This document shows, in pieces, positions 19,012-28,771 of a DNA stretch of 64,000 nt. A program made the translations under genes and the position numbers. Under the pieces are notes generated by a model that was given only the letters and a program-made list of their open reading frames with translations, was not told the DNA's origin and did no database searches. Positions within the stretch are counted from its first letter, which is position 1. Each line of letters begins with the position of its first letter. The stretch is from Fibrobacteria bacterium (GTDB taxonomy: Bacteria > Fibrobacterota > Fibrobacteria > UBA11236 > JADFYW01), in the NCBI GenBank assembly GCA_050294405.1, contig JBNKOC010000004.1:1-64000 (forward strand). Direction: 5' to 3'.

Positions 19012-19020
19012 TGGTATAAT
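19012..19020 (+). promoter_or_regulatory. extended -10 promoter element (TGnTATAAT) for small Zn-ribbon gene
   Basis: TGGTATAAT about 40 nt upstream of ATG 19063; AGGA RBS-like at 19050. Confidence 0.5.
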
Positions 19021-19056
19021 GGTTTTGTTCTTTGTTATATCATTACTGTAGGAATT

Positions 19057-19263
19057 TTGAGCATGGTCCATCATTTCCATAGCAAAGCTTTGTGCCCCCG
19101 ATGTTTAGGACATAGGGTGCATCCGGAAAAGGCCGGGATCCAACAGCTATTGAGAAAAATTTTAATGAACCCCAAAATGGTTTGCGAGGATTGCACTCAC
19201 AGCTGGCTTAAAAATAACTCTTACCGCGAATGTACTGTGGCGGCGACGCCTGTTTACCGATAG
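19057..19263 (+). CDS. small zinc-ribbon protein
   Basis: CPRC and CEDC pairs in 68 aa; own promoter, RBS and downstream GC hairpin. Confidence 0.65.
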   Translation: MSMVHHFHSKALCPRCLGHRVHPEKAGIQQLLRKILMNPKMVCEDCTHSWLKNNSYRECTVAATPVYR

Positions 19264-19365
19264 CGCCCCTACCGGGAGGGCGTTATGGGAAAAAAGTATT
19301 AGGTACCAAAACCACAGGGAAAGTGCCTGGGCGTAAAGGCTGTTTGATTGTTCAAACAGCCTTTT

Positions 19366-20307
19366 TTATTCAAAAGGCTTATAAGGAAAACTCAATACAT
19401 TTTGAATATTTGAGGACTTTGTAAGCAACATCAACAATCTATCCAGGCCCAAAGCCACACCTGAACAACTGGGCAGCCCTTTTTCCAGGTCTTTGAGTAA
19501 ATGGGAGTCCATTTTTAACTCCGCTTTTTTTTGAGCTTTTCTTTCTTTGTTTATTTTTTCAAATCTCGCGCGGTATTCTTCCGGATTTTCCAGCTCCTGG
19601 TAACCGTTGCAAAGCTCTATGCCATCAATATATAACTCAAACCTGAGAGAAACCTTATGGTTTTGAGGATGTATTTGAGCTAAGGCGGCCTGGCTTGCCG
19701 GAAAAGCAGTGACAAAACATAAACTGCCTTTGGGAAGTTTGGGCTCCACATAGCGGGCCATACAAAAATGAAGCAAATCGTCGATACTTGAAAAAGCCGG
19801 AGCAGGCTCATGGCTGCGAATATACTCTAAAATTTTTGGGATGGGAGTGGAAAATGGATTCCAACCCAAAGCCCATTGAAACCATTCTTCATAAGTCTTT
19901 TCCACCTTGGGAAAGGGGCCTAATATTTCCTTACACAATATTTCCACTTCTCCCATTAACTCTTCTAAGGAAAATCCCAGCCGGTACCATTCTAGCATAC
20001 TGAACTCGGGATTATGCTGGCTGCCAGCTTCTCCATTTCGAAAGGACTTACAAATCTGATATATGGAAGGATAACCCATGCACAAAAGCCGTTTCATAAA
20101 CATTTCAGGCGAGGTTTGAAAATAACCATTTTGGGGCATTCCCCCTTCGGGTATGTATTGGGAGCTGAAAACATCCACGTTGGAATCAATACAGGAAAAT
20201 GGAGAAAACAAAGGGGTTTCCACTTCCATAACATTCCGGTCATAAAAAAAAGACCGTATGTGCCGGTACATTTGCGCTCGGGTTTGACTGATTTCCAGGG
20301 ATTTCAT
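19366..20307 (-). CDS. epmA: EF-P lysine aminoacylase
   Basis: EVETP, QTSPE..MKRLL, FRNGE...HNPEFSMLEWYR, RFELY..GIELCNGY.EL, GVALGLDRL; adjacent to efp. Confidence 0.95.
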   Translation of the reverse strand: MKSLEISQTRAQMYRHIRSFFYDRNVMEVETPLFSPFSCIDSNVDVFSSQYIPEGGMPQNGYFQTSPEMFMKRLLCMGYPSIYQICKSFRNGEAGSQHNPEFSMLEWYRLGFSLEELMGEVEILCKEILGPFPKVEKTYEEWFQWALGWNPFSTPIPKILEYIRSHEPAPAFSSIDDLLHFCMARYVEPKLPKGSLCFVTAFPASQAALAQIHPQNHKVSLRFELYIDGIELCNGYQELENPEEYRARFEKINKERKAQKKAELKMDSHLLKDLEKGLPSCSGVALGLDRLLMLLTKSSNIQNVLSFPYKPFE

Positions 20308-20394
20308 GGTCTTAGGGACCGATAAAAAACAGGGGCCTATCTTTCGGCAGAGTTAAAATAAAAACAGCCCTGCCGAAAAAAAAACCTATAAAAA

Positions 20395-20964
20395 TTATTT
20401 GTTGGCTCTTTCCACGTATTCGCCTGTACGGGTATCCACTTTAATTTTCATGCCTGTATCAATAAATAGGGGAACAGGAACCTCAGCTCCGGTTTCTACC
20501 GTAGCGGCTTTCATAACGTTGGTGGATGTATTTCCCTTAACAGCGGGCTCTGTGTAAGTGATCTCCAAAACCATAAAAGTGGGAGGAACCACACTAATGG
20601 GTTTGTCACCCCAAAAAGCGACTTCGCATTCGGTGTTATCCAACAACCATTTTTCGGCGCCATCCATGGAGTCCTTATTTATTTCCACCTGTTCAAAGCT
20701 GCTTACATCCATGAATGTATAGTGCTCGCCATCTGTGAATAGAAACTGCATTTTGGTGTAACGAACATCGGCTTCTTCAACAGTAGTGCCGGATTTTAAA
20801 GTGCGTTCAATAACACGGCCATGGAGCAGGTTTTTCATTTTAATGCGGTTAAAAGCCTGGCCTTTACCGGGTTTAACAAAATCAATATCCACAACAACAT
20901 AGGGTTCACCATCCACTAAAATTCTGGAGCGTTTGCGCAATTCATTGGTGCTGACCATTCCCAT
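20395..20964 (-). CDS. efp: translation elongation factor P
   Basis: VKPGKGQAF loop with modifiable Lys; VPLFI...VDTRTGEYVERA. Confidence 0.98.
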   Translation of the reverse strand: MGMVSTNELRKRSRILVDGEPYVVVDIDFVKPGKGQAFNRIKMKNLLHGRVIERTLKSGTTVEEADVRYTKMQFLFTDGEHYTFMDVSSFEQVEINKDSMDGAEKWLLDNTECEVAFWGDKPISVVPPTFMVLEITYTEPAVKGNTSTNVMKAATVETGAEVPVPLFIDTGMKIKVDTRTGEYVERANK

Positions 20965-21019
20965 ACTAACCTGCTTTTTATACTTTTAAATATTTACCAG
21001 CCGGATAATTTAAAAAATA

Positions 21020-22027
21020 ATGCCAGAAAATCACGCCAGCAGCTTGGAAACTTTTAAGTGCTCTCTTCCCAAAAGTTTCAGCAGTTTAGACAAATTGCTG
21101 GATTTTTTGAAGCTAAAGGCTGAAGACGCCCCTTTTAAGTTGGATGGCTCCCCAAATTTCAGATTTTTGGTGCCCCTTGAATTCGCTTCCAAAATGGAAA
21201 AGGGCAGCTGGCAAGACCCCTTATTGGGCCAAATTTTGCCCCTGGAATTGGAAAGGCAAGACAATCCCGGATTCTGCTCCGATGCCGTTGGTGACAAGCA
21301 TTCGGAAATTTTACCTGGAGTTTTACATAAGTACAAAAGCCGAGTGCTCATTATGCCCAGTTCAAAATGCGCCCTGCACTGCCGCTATTGCTTTCGGCGA
21401 GAGTTTGACTATCCGGAGCAACCAGGAAACTTTCCCTATGAAAAATTAGGGGAATATTTATCCAAACATCCCGAAGTGAATGAAGTTATCCTGAGCGGGG
21501 GGGATCCCTTAATGGCGCCAAATCAGCGTTTGGAAAAATTGGGAAAGGCGCTTTTACCCTATCCCCAAATCCAAACCTTGCGCATTCACAGCCGGGTTCC
21601 CATCAGTTTACCAGAGCGGGTGGACCCTTCTCTTTTAAAGCTCATGGATACATGGAGCCAGCAATTTGGCAGTCTGGTTTTTATCCATCATATTAATCAC
21701 CCAAATGAATTAAGCGGGCAGAGGACTCTGGATATTTTGGATAAAATGCAAAAACTAAAAATAATTCAATTAAACCAGTCAGTTCTCTTGAGAAACATAA
21801 ATGATAGCAGCCAGATTCTGGCCGATTTATCCAGGAGTTTAATAAAGTGGGGAATTCTGCCTTATTATTTGCACCAGTTAGACAAAGTTAAGGGCAGCAG
21901 CCATTTTGAAGTTCCCATTGCTAAAGGACATAAATTAATGGAAAGTTTGCGAATTGAACTGAGCGGATTTTCTGTGCCAAAATATGTTCAGGAAATACCA
22001 GGAGAGTTTCACAAAAGGCCCTTATAA
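21020..22027 (+). CDS. epmB: EF-P beta-lysylation lysine 2,3-aminomutase (KamA-family radical SAM)
   Basis: LHKYKSRVL, CALHCRYCFRR (CxxxCxxC), SGGDPL, HINHPNE, PYYLHQLDKVKG; divergent from efp. Confidence 0.93.
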   Translation: MPENHASSLETFKCSLPKSFSSLDKLLDFLKLKAEDAPFKLDGSPNFRFLVPLEFASKMEKGSWQDPLLGQILPLELERQDNPGFCSDAVGDKHSEILPGVLHKYKSRVLIMPSSKCALHCRYCFRREFDYPEQPGNFPYEKLGEYLSKHPEVNEVILSGGDPLMAPNQRLEKLGKALLPYPQIQTLRIHSRVPISLPERVDPSLLKLMDTWSQQFGSLVFIHHINHPNELSGQRTLDILDKMQKLKIIQLNQSVLLRNINDSSQILADLSRSLIKWGILPYYLHQLDKVKGSSHFEVPIAKGHKLMESLRIELSGFSVPKYVQEIPGEFHKRPL

Positions 22028-22861
22028 TTTTTTAAACCCCAATTTATCCCAGGCTTTGTATGTGCGGGAGTCTAATTGCCCATGTAAAGTTCCTGTGTAG
22101 AGCTTATTATCTTTTAATTTTTTCTGCAACAGTTTTACTTTTTCCCCTCTGGAACCGAAACACAAAAGCCCGCCTTTGTATGTTGGATTTAAAATTTTTT
22201 CAAGTTTTTGAAATTCAATTAACAGCAGAGAAAACTTTTTTTGAGGACTGGCATAGAGAGCTGCCTGAAAGGTTTTCCAGGGCCCTTCCATTTCACCCAT
22301 TTCCGGGCTACGAGGGCAAAAGGGCCAGCCGGCAACCACAATACATCCCGCACTGGAGTAACCTTCTTGTTGCCAATCCTTATTCCAGCCGCAATGCAAA
22401 TTATCATAGGGGTTTGAAAAATAGAGTTTATCCTTTATGTTATAAGGGGCCCCTTTAGTTGTGCGACGAATAAAGCGATTTGAAGTTTGCCTCAGGGCCA
22501 AATGCCCTTTGGGCTTTCCCTGTAAGTGCTCTCCTTTGGTAAAGTCATCATAAAGCCCCCATTCCATTTGATTGGCCCCTTTTCCATTCTTTTTAGCGGC
22601 CAGTTTTACTTGGGAAATGTGTGGCACAGTGGAACCTGGGACCAATAATACTTTTTTTTGCACTGGGTCCCATATACCAATGCTACAGCGAAAATGTTTA
22701 TAATCTGGCTTAGCGCCATTTATCCGGATACGAGAACTCCATTTTCCAATTGCAAAGGTTGGCAGCGCCCCTCTTATTGCAAATAGCATTAATTCGGATT
22801 TGGGACTATCTATACATAAGCTATCCAGCGCTTTTAAAAGAATTGTGTGGCTAATTAACAT
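22022..22861 (-). CDS. peptidoglycan-binding protein with putative YkuD-like His/Cys catalytic domain
   Basis: DNLHCG...SSAGC motif; C-terminal L.FGSRGEKVKLLQ..L (PG_binding_1-like). Confidence 0.55.
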   Translation of the reverse strand: MLISHTILLKALDSLCIDSPKSELMLFAIRGALPTFAIGKWSSRIRINGAKPDYKHFRCSIGIWDPVQKKVLLVPGSTVPHISQVKLAAKKNGKGANQMEWGLYDDFTKGEHLQGKPKGHLALRQTSNRFIRRTTKGAPYNIKDKLYFSNPYDNLHCGWNKDWQQEGYSSAGCIVVAGWPFCPRSPEMGEMEGPWKTFQAALYASPQKKFSLLLIEFQKLEKILNPTYKGGLLCFGSRGEKVKLLQKKLKDNKLYTGTLHGQLDSRTYKAWDKLGFKKL

Positions 22862-22864
22862 AGT

Positions 22865-24412
22865 TTAAAATCTATTTTCCAACCTGGCGTGGATCATTCC
22901 TTCGGAGAAACCGCGGTTAGGGTTTAACCCAAAACGAAAACCAAATATCCAGTCCCGGCTTCCCAAGTTCATTCCTACTCCATAGCCTATTACTTTTTTC
23001 CAGTAAAAATCATCTGTTAACCGGTTGATAAAACCCGGATCCATAAAAAACAAAAAACTATTCCTTTGGGACAATAAATAATGCCATTCCAAATTCAAAA
23101 AGGAATAGGCATTGGTTAAAAACTCGTTATCCCTGTACCCTCTAATGGAATTGGCGCCTCCTGTTTTAAATAAATTGCCTCTGTTGTTTATGCCTGTTTT
23201 TAAGGGTAACACCAAGGCATTTTCCCAATGGCTTTTAAAAAGCCAATGTTTACCTAAGCTCCACCAATGTTGCAGATAAAGCTGGGTCTGGGCTAAATAT
23301 TGGGTGGAATCCTGGCTCTCCCTGGCTATTCCCTGCAGTTTGAGTTTTGAAAACCCGCCTTTGCGGGTATATAAGGCCTTATCTCTCCAATCGTAAATCA
23401 GCTCCAAAGCGGTGAGTTTCGCAGAACTGGAAATTGATGTTAATGAATCTCCCACAGAAAAATAAGTTTGAGTGGATTGGGTTCCCAGCGAAACGCTGTA
23501 CTTCGAATAGTAATTAATGTCCTGAAACAAAGATACCGTGGCGGTATTTTCATCATATAGGCTATCCTCAATTAGAACCTTAAACTCGAACCCCAATCCG
23601 AGAGGTAATCCCAGGATAAATGGCTCTACATATTTTGCAAGCACCTGAGTTTCACGATTTTGAATAGAAAAATCAAAATCAAAATCACGGGCTGTTCCCC
23701 ATAAATTGACCAAATGTATCTGGGCAAAGCCGCTAAAGGGCCGGGTGTTTCCTTCGCTTTCAGAGTTGTACCCAAACAGACCAGAAAGCTGATTTGCTTT
23801 GTTATCCACAAGAGTGTATTTGGGATAGAGCACATTTTTAGTGGAATCCCGAAGTAAGCCCGTCATTTCTGCATTTTGAAAATAATGGCTTCGATTTAAT
23901 TTTTCCGCGGCTTTTTTAGCCTTATAAAAATTAAAGTCTTGCCCAGTTTGCAGCAAAGATAACTTTTCCAATACCTTATCTTTAGTCTTGCTACCTTCAA
24001 ATATGGGTTTTCCCAATTTATATTGGCTGCCCGTGTTTATATCTATGTATAGATCCACGCTATTGGAATCAAATCGCCTATAATCCAAAGACAAGCTGGA
24101 AAACACAAAGCCATTTCCCAACATCTCCTCTTCCAATTTTTGTTTTATTCTGCTTAAGGTTTTTCTGCTGAAAGCCTTATCTTCAAAATTTTCCAATTGA
24201 AGTCGGGGAAGAGAAGGGATCTCGGGAATATGTATTCGATGTATTTTCCAAACAGCCCCCGTCTCCCATTCTCCATTCTTTTTATGAGGCGTTAAAAACC
24301 CTCTTTCAACAAAGGCGGACCATTCCACAATGCCTATACTATCCATTTCAGGCGGGGCTTGCGCCAGGCATAACATTCTTATAAAAAAGATATATGTAAT
24401 TATTAATTTCAT
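22865..24412 (-). CDS. Omp85 (BamA/TamA) family outer membrane protein
   Basis: POTRA-like region (FEG..TK..L; L..S.YF), NLWGTAR, GGANSIRGY lid motif, GYGVG, terminal F; probable start ATG 24412. Confidence 0.85.
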   Translation of the reverse strand: MKLIITYIFFIRMLCLAQAPPEMDSIGIVEWSAFVERGFLTPHKKNGEWETGAVWKIHRIHIPEIPSLPRLQLENFEDKAFSRKTLSRIKQKLEEEMLGNGFVFSSLSLDYRRFDSNSVDLYIDINTGSQYKLGKPIFEGSKTKDKVLEKLSLLQTGQDFNFYKAKKAAEKLNRSHYFQNAEMTGLLRDSTKNVLYPKYTLVDNKANQLSGLFGYNSESEGNTRPFSGFAQIHLVNLWGTARDFDFDFSIQNRETQVLAKYVEPFILGLPLGLGFEFKVLIEDSLYDENTATVSLFQDINYYSKYSVSLGTQSTQTYFSVGDSLTSISSSAKLTALELIYDWRDKALYTRKGGFSKLKLQGIARESQDSTQYLAQTQLYLQHWWSLGKHWLFKSHWENALVLPLKTGINNRGNLFKTGGANSIRGYRDNEFLTNAYSFLNLEWHYLLSQRNSFLFFMDPGFINRLTDDFYWKKVIGYGVGMNLGSRDWIFGFRFGLNPNRGFSEGMIHARLENRF

Positions 24413-24416
24413 ATTT

Positions 24417-27400
24417 TTAAAAAATAGCCCGCAATTCCGCACTTAAACTTTGAAATAGTTTTTCACGACCCGGTTCCATACGCAATAAATAGTTTGCATT
24501 GGCAAATACATATTGGCCAATTTGCATATCCATGCCTGCTTGAAAGCGGTGGGTCCTCCCTTTTATATAATTGCTTAATCGATAATTAGGCTCTCCCTGC
24601 CCCCATAGGTATTTTAAGCCGTATTCCCCAAATGCCCGCCCTGCTTTAAAAAGCTCCCTCTCCAGCCTCAATTTTGGAAAAACCGAATGCAATCCAAAGG
24701 ATTCGAAAGGTTGGTTAGCTGACAGGTTATATATGCCCGAACTGTTTTCATAATCAAAAATGGGCAATATTTTCCAAAAGGCTCCCAAATGGTATTCCCA
24801 CTGGGTTCCAGCACCATAACTTAAGGTAGAGTCACTGGGTCCGGATTCGTTGCTTTTTCTCCAATTCCGGGAGCCAAATGCGTGAAGAAAATAGCTCCAA
24901 TCCTCACTAATATCCTGGTTAAACTGGCTGCGGATTCTGTGGAGTTTTTCCCGTCTGTCATATTGCAACTCAGAATGAAAATATTGGCGTTCATAGGAAA
25001 GTTCCCAACTTTTCTTCCCCTGCTCATTTTTCCAATTCAAAAAAGGATTAAGAGAGCTTTTGCCTTCCAGCGCCTCATTTATCCGTCTATCAGATATCAA
25101 AGGAAATATATCTGTGCTTTTCGCGCTATCCTGCTTGCTGGAAATATCATACCTAAGTCCTAAATAGACATCAGCCAAAAATCCAGATAACCCAGGAATA
25201 CTTTTAACAGGGCTCCAGCCCAGAGTTCCCGAAAAATTTAGTTCCTGGACCGAAATCCCTTGTGACAAACTATCCCGGCGAAGTCCTAAAAATTTTTGAT
25301 TCCCTTTGTCGGCGTCTTCCCTGCAATCCAGATACAATCTTGTTTCCACAGCAATGGTATCGCATACATGAGTGCCTGTTCCTTCAGCTACTTGTTGGTA
25401 CACTTCCAGCAAAGGAACTTCTACGGTTTGGTTTATTTTGTAATTGGAAAAAAGAGAAATACCCCTCCTTATATCCTGATAACGGTTATTCCATTCTAAA
25501 AGTTTAAAATTCTTTTTTTCTTTATCCGATTGGGCGCTATAACGTTCCTCCAATTGTTGATAGGATACAAAAAGCTCAGATTGCCAATTCCCCAGATTCA
25601 TTACATTTATTTTTTGATACACATCCCAGCTAATGAGGGAATCCCTTTTATTATCCAATCCGGAAAAATTGCTCTCCCATTTTAATAGCCGTCCCCCAGG
25701 TTCTATTTGAATAACATCCCAAAAGATTTCGCTGGGCAAAGCCAGGTCCAGTTTGCTTCGCGTGAGTTTTTTTTCAGAATTTTCCGAAACTTCAGCGCTC
25801 CAATTATCCTGAACCAAATTCAATTGAGGGGTAAAAATGCCAAAGCCTTGTTGGTATTGTCCTCCCCATTTTAAATTTTCTTTGTTGAGATATTCTTCTT
25901 CTGATTCTTTTTGCTCCAAGAATAATTTTCCCTTCAATTTGTTTTTATCGATAGAGAAATACCCCTTTTTCCGGTTGGATTCGGCAAAATTTTTGGAGTC
26001 GGAATCGGGCAGCAAAGAGTAAAGTCTGCCAGCTTCCCCTCCAATCTTATAACCGGATAAAAATTCGTTTTCCAAATTTAGCCGCCCGGAGTAGAACCCC
26101 GCCTCGCCATAAATAGAAGAGACATTCCAGGTATCCTCGAAATAATAAGATTCCTCCAATTGCTGAAAAGCTTTATAATCCTCCCTTTTATACTTGATAT
26201 CGGACCTCAGCTTCCACAAACCCAAGCCAGCCTTGTCCAGAGGTTTTCCTATGTTAATGCCCGTACTATGTAAAAATCCTCCATCCCAGTTATCTCCTTC
26301 AGATTTTGCAGACAACAGATTCGGGTCCCATTCCGATTGCAGAATATGTAAAGAACTAAAAAAATTCTGGCGCGAGCTATCCGCCAGATTATAACCTAAG
26401 TTTAAAGTAACATGTGATTTTCGGGAAGGCAGAGGGACCACTTCCCCCGGACTAAAACCTCCATTTCCCTGTTGCCAGCCATAGTAAACCAAACCATTTA
26501 ATCCCTGAACCTGTCCATAACCTCCTTGCACATCCTGGCTAAAACGCACACTATACATATCTTGAGCTGCCGAATTTAAGGAATCAAAAATGGATTCAGC
26601 TACATATACATATACTCCATTACTTTCGTAATAAAGGCCGTCTACCCAGCCTTCATCCAAATCTCTGGAATAGACACCGCTGCTTCTTTGCTTGTCTGCG
26701 TTCCCATAATCGGCAAAAGTATTTTTATCTTCCTCGCTGAAGCTGCCCCCGGAATATTGAGTGGCATCTTCCATTTCTGTAATCCCCCTCAAAGACCAGG
26801 TGAAGGCCCCCGCACTATCCGAAAATTGTAAAGACAGTAAGGTGGTTGGGTAATCCTGGTCCGTGTATTGGTACTCGGCAGTAAAATTGTCATCGCCATT
26901 AACAATAAGATTATTGGTAAAATCCAATCGCCCTTCACCATCCTCTATTTGGTAATGCTCACCGCGTTTTAGCAATTCTCCATTGCGGTATATTTTTTCG
27001 GTCCCCGCCAGGATTGTTATATAGTCATTTCCATTTTCACCCCGCAGGAAATATCCTGTTTGTTGCCCGAAGTTTCCCTGAAAATTAATGTGGTTGTATT
27101 TCCCCCGGGAACGGGAATATGCCGCCTTCAACCCATAGGCGCCCTTATTGTAGTGGCCATTTATTCCCTGGACATTGGCCAAATAGGAATCTACCCTATC
27201 CTCCCCAAAATCAAATAAGTAATCCCCTAAAGTATAGGAGTAATTTAACCCCCAAATCTTTACATAGATGTTATCCACTTCTTTTAGGGTTGCGGTTTTC
27301 CCCTCGGGCTGAATGGGAATTTCCTGATCGGAAAGGTGACCGGTAATAAACATATTTTTGGAGACCTGGCCATTCAAATCCAATTGCAATGATTGATCCA

Positions 27401-27929
27401 ATTGAAGGCCTCCCCCCTCCCCCACTCTCAAAGAAATACTTTTGTTCCCCCCGTAGTCCAGACGATATTCGGGGGTTTGATTGTCCAGGTTCTCCCCAGA
27501 TTTCAATGCTAAATTATTTTCCAACCTGCTCGATTTGCTTAGTACGGGAATGTTATTTAAGCTGAAATAATTCCAATTCCAGCTCTCGATTAAGGGTGAG
27601 CGGGCCACATCCACACAAAAACTATCTGCTTTGCTCGGAGTAAAGGCCAGTTCTATTTGGCTGGAATCCTGATTAAAGCGAAAATCCCTATCTGGCAAAA
27701 GGAAAGTGTTATTCACTTTGAGGCGAAGTTGGCCTTTGTTGCCAAAACTCCCCAGGCTATCTCCATAGATTACTTTAATGCCATCTAAGCAGTGGCTTTC
27801 GAAATACATCCCAGGTTCCAGCGCCCACAACAGGGCTCCTCCGGGAAAACATAAAAAAAGCCCTGTCAGTAAATATGCTTTTAGGGTTATTTGCAAAGTT
27901 CCAGTTGCCCCTGCTTGGGATAAAAACAA
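24417..27929 (-). CDS. large hypothetical outer-membrane protein (1170 aa) with SprA-like internal motif
   Basis: extensive amphipathic beta-strands; terminal ELRAIF; GTEKIYRNGELLKRGEHYQI...G.L.F motif; exact start uncertain. Confidence 0.6.
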   Translation of the reverse strand: MFLSQAGATGTLQITLKAYLLTGLFLCFPGGALLWALEPGMYFESHCLDGIKVIYGDSLGSFGNKGQLRLKVNNTFLLPDRDFRFNQDSSQIELAFTPSKADSFCVDVARSPLIESWNWNYFSLNNIPVLSKSSRLENNLALKSGENLDNQTPEYRLDYGGNKSISLRVGEGGGLQLDQSLQLDLNGQVSKNMFITGHLSDQEIPIQPEGKTATLKEVDNIYVKIWGLNYSYTLGDYLFDFGEDRVDSYLANVQGINGHYNKGAYGLKAAYSRSRGKYNHINFQGNFGQQTGYFLRGENGNDYITILAGTEKIYRNGELLKRGEHYQIEDGEGRLDFTNNLIVNGDDNFTAEYQYTDQDYPTTLLSLQFSDSAGAFTWSLRGITEMEDATQYSGGSFSEEDKNTFADYGNADKQRSSGVYSRDLDEGWVDGLYYESNGVYVYVAESIFDSLNSAAQDMYSVRFSQDVQGGYGQVQGLNGLVYYGWQQGNGGFSPGEVVPLPSRKSHVTLNLGYNLADSSRQNFFSSLHILQSEWDPNLLSAKSEGDNWDGGFLHSTGINIGKPLDKAGLGLWKLRSDIKYKREDYKAFQQLEESYYFEDTWNVSSIYGEAGFYSGRLNLENEFLSGYKIGGEAGRLYSLLPDSDSKNFAESNRKKGYFSIDKNKLKGKLFLEQKESEEEYLNKENLKWGGQYQQGFGIFTPQLNLVQDNWSAEVSENSEKKLTRSKLDLALPSEIFWDVIQIEPGGRLLKWESNFSGLDNKRDSLISWDVYQKINVMNLGNWQSELFVSYQQLEERYSAQSDKEKKNFKLLEWNNRYQDIRRGISLFSNYKINQTVEVPLLEVYQQVAEGTGTHVCDTIAVETRLYLDCREDADKGNQKFLGLRRDSLSQGISVQELNFSGTLGWSPVKSIPGLSGFLADVYLGLRYDISSKQDSAKSTDIFPLISDRRINEALEGKSSLNPFLNWKNEQGKKSWELSYERQYFHSELQYDRREKLHRIRSQFNQDISEDWSYFLHAFGSRNWRKSNESGPSDSTLSYGAGTQWEYHLGAFWKILPIFDYENSSGIYNLSANQPFESFGLHSVFPKLRLERELFKAGRAFGEYGLKYLWGQGEPNYRLSNYIKGRTHRFQAGMDMQIGQYVFANANYLLRMEPGREKLFQSLSAELRAIF

Positions 27930-28702
27930 ATATGTTTATCCCCAAGGGGAAACCGAAGCCCAGTCCCCAACTTGGGTTTTAGAGTTAAAAAACTGTTCCC
28001 ATTTTCCTTTTTACTTGCTTCAAGAAACTCGGGACTTTCAACGGCTGTTAAAAAAGCGTCAAAAACTTTGATGTTTTCCTTTTCCCGGCATATAAACTGT
28101 CCGTTTTTGAAACCATAATTAGCAATAATGGTTTGGGGGATTTTTACAAAACTCCGGCAAGTGGAGGGCACTTTAAATTCTCGGATAAAATTTAAATTTT
28201 GCCCGGACACATGGTATTGATATGCCCGTCCCAAGGAGGGAAACACAAAATAAATTTTAAAGTCCAGAGCAAATAAAATCTCCATCTCTGCCAAGTTTTT
28301 AGAAATAATTTCTTTTGGCACCGGATAATGGGATAAAAATTGCATCCCGGAATTTAATTGCCAGATTTTTTTTCCACCAACATCAAATACCAGAATGTTA
28401 TCGCCTTGACCGTTTAATATTCGGTAGGGAACAAAATCGAACTCCGGGCGAAGCAGGCTTTTCCATTCCAGGTTTTCTAAATCCAAGTAATTATTTAGGC
28501 TGGCGCACTTCCAACTTGAAAATTTAAATAGATGAATCCTCCCTTTATTTTCAACAACAGCATCTATTCCCTGAATTGCAGAAGAGGAATATGCCATATT
28601 GAAAAAAATGCAGATAAAAACCAGTGGCCATAACTGCAACCGGGCTACAAATGCGGCATAACTATTAAACTTGCTTCTTATAAAAAGAAAGTTCCTGCAC
28701 AT
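27887..28702 (-). CDS. hypothetical exported protein, possible beta-propeller (NHL-like)
   Basis: hydrophobic N-terminal segment; repeated NILVFD..GKKIW/KIYFV/IKVFD strands; overlaps downstream ORF. Confidence 0.5.
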   Translation of the reverse strand: MCRNFLFIRSKFNSYAAFVARLQLWPLVFICIFFNMAYSSSAIQGIDAVVENKGRIHLFKFSSWKCASLNNYLDLENLEWKSLLRPEFDFVPYRILNGQGDNILVFDVGGKKIWQLNSGMQFLSHYPVPKEIISKNLAEMEILFALDFKIYFVFPSLGRAYQYHVSGQNLNFIREFKVPSTCRSFVKIPQTIIANYGFKNGQFICREKENIKVFDAFLTAVESPEFLEASKKENGNSFLTLKPKLGTGLRFPLGDKHICFYPKQGQLELCK

Positions 28703-28771
28703 GAAAATAAACTAAATAATTTTGCAGACCCATCTCAAAATAAGGTCATTGAAAAGGGACGATGTGGGGAT

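Noticed and set aside
28728..28743. 15/16 match ACCCATCT(C/G)AAAATAA shared with 54616-54631, both upstream of minus-strand genes
   Set aside because: Only two copies, half AT-run, no partner inverted repeat; cannot be separated from chance without genome-wide counts.
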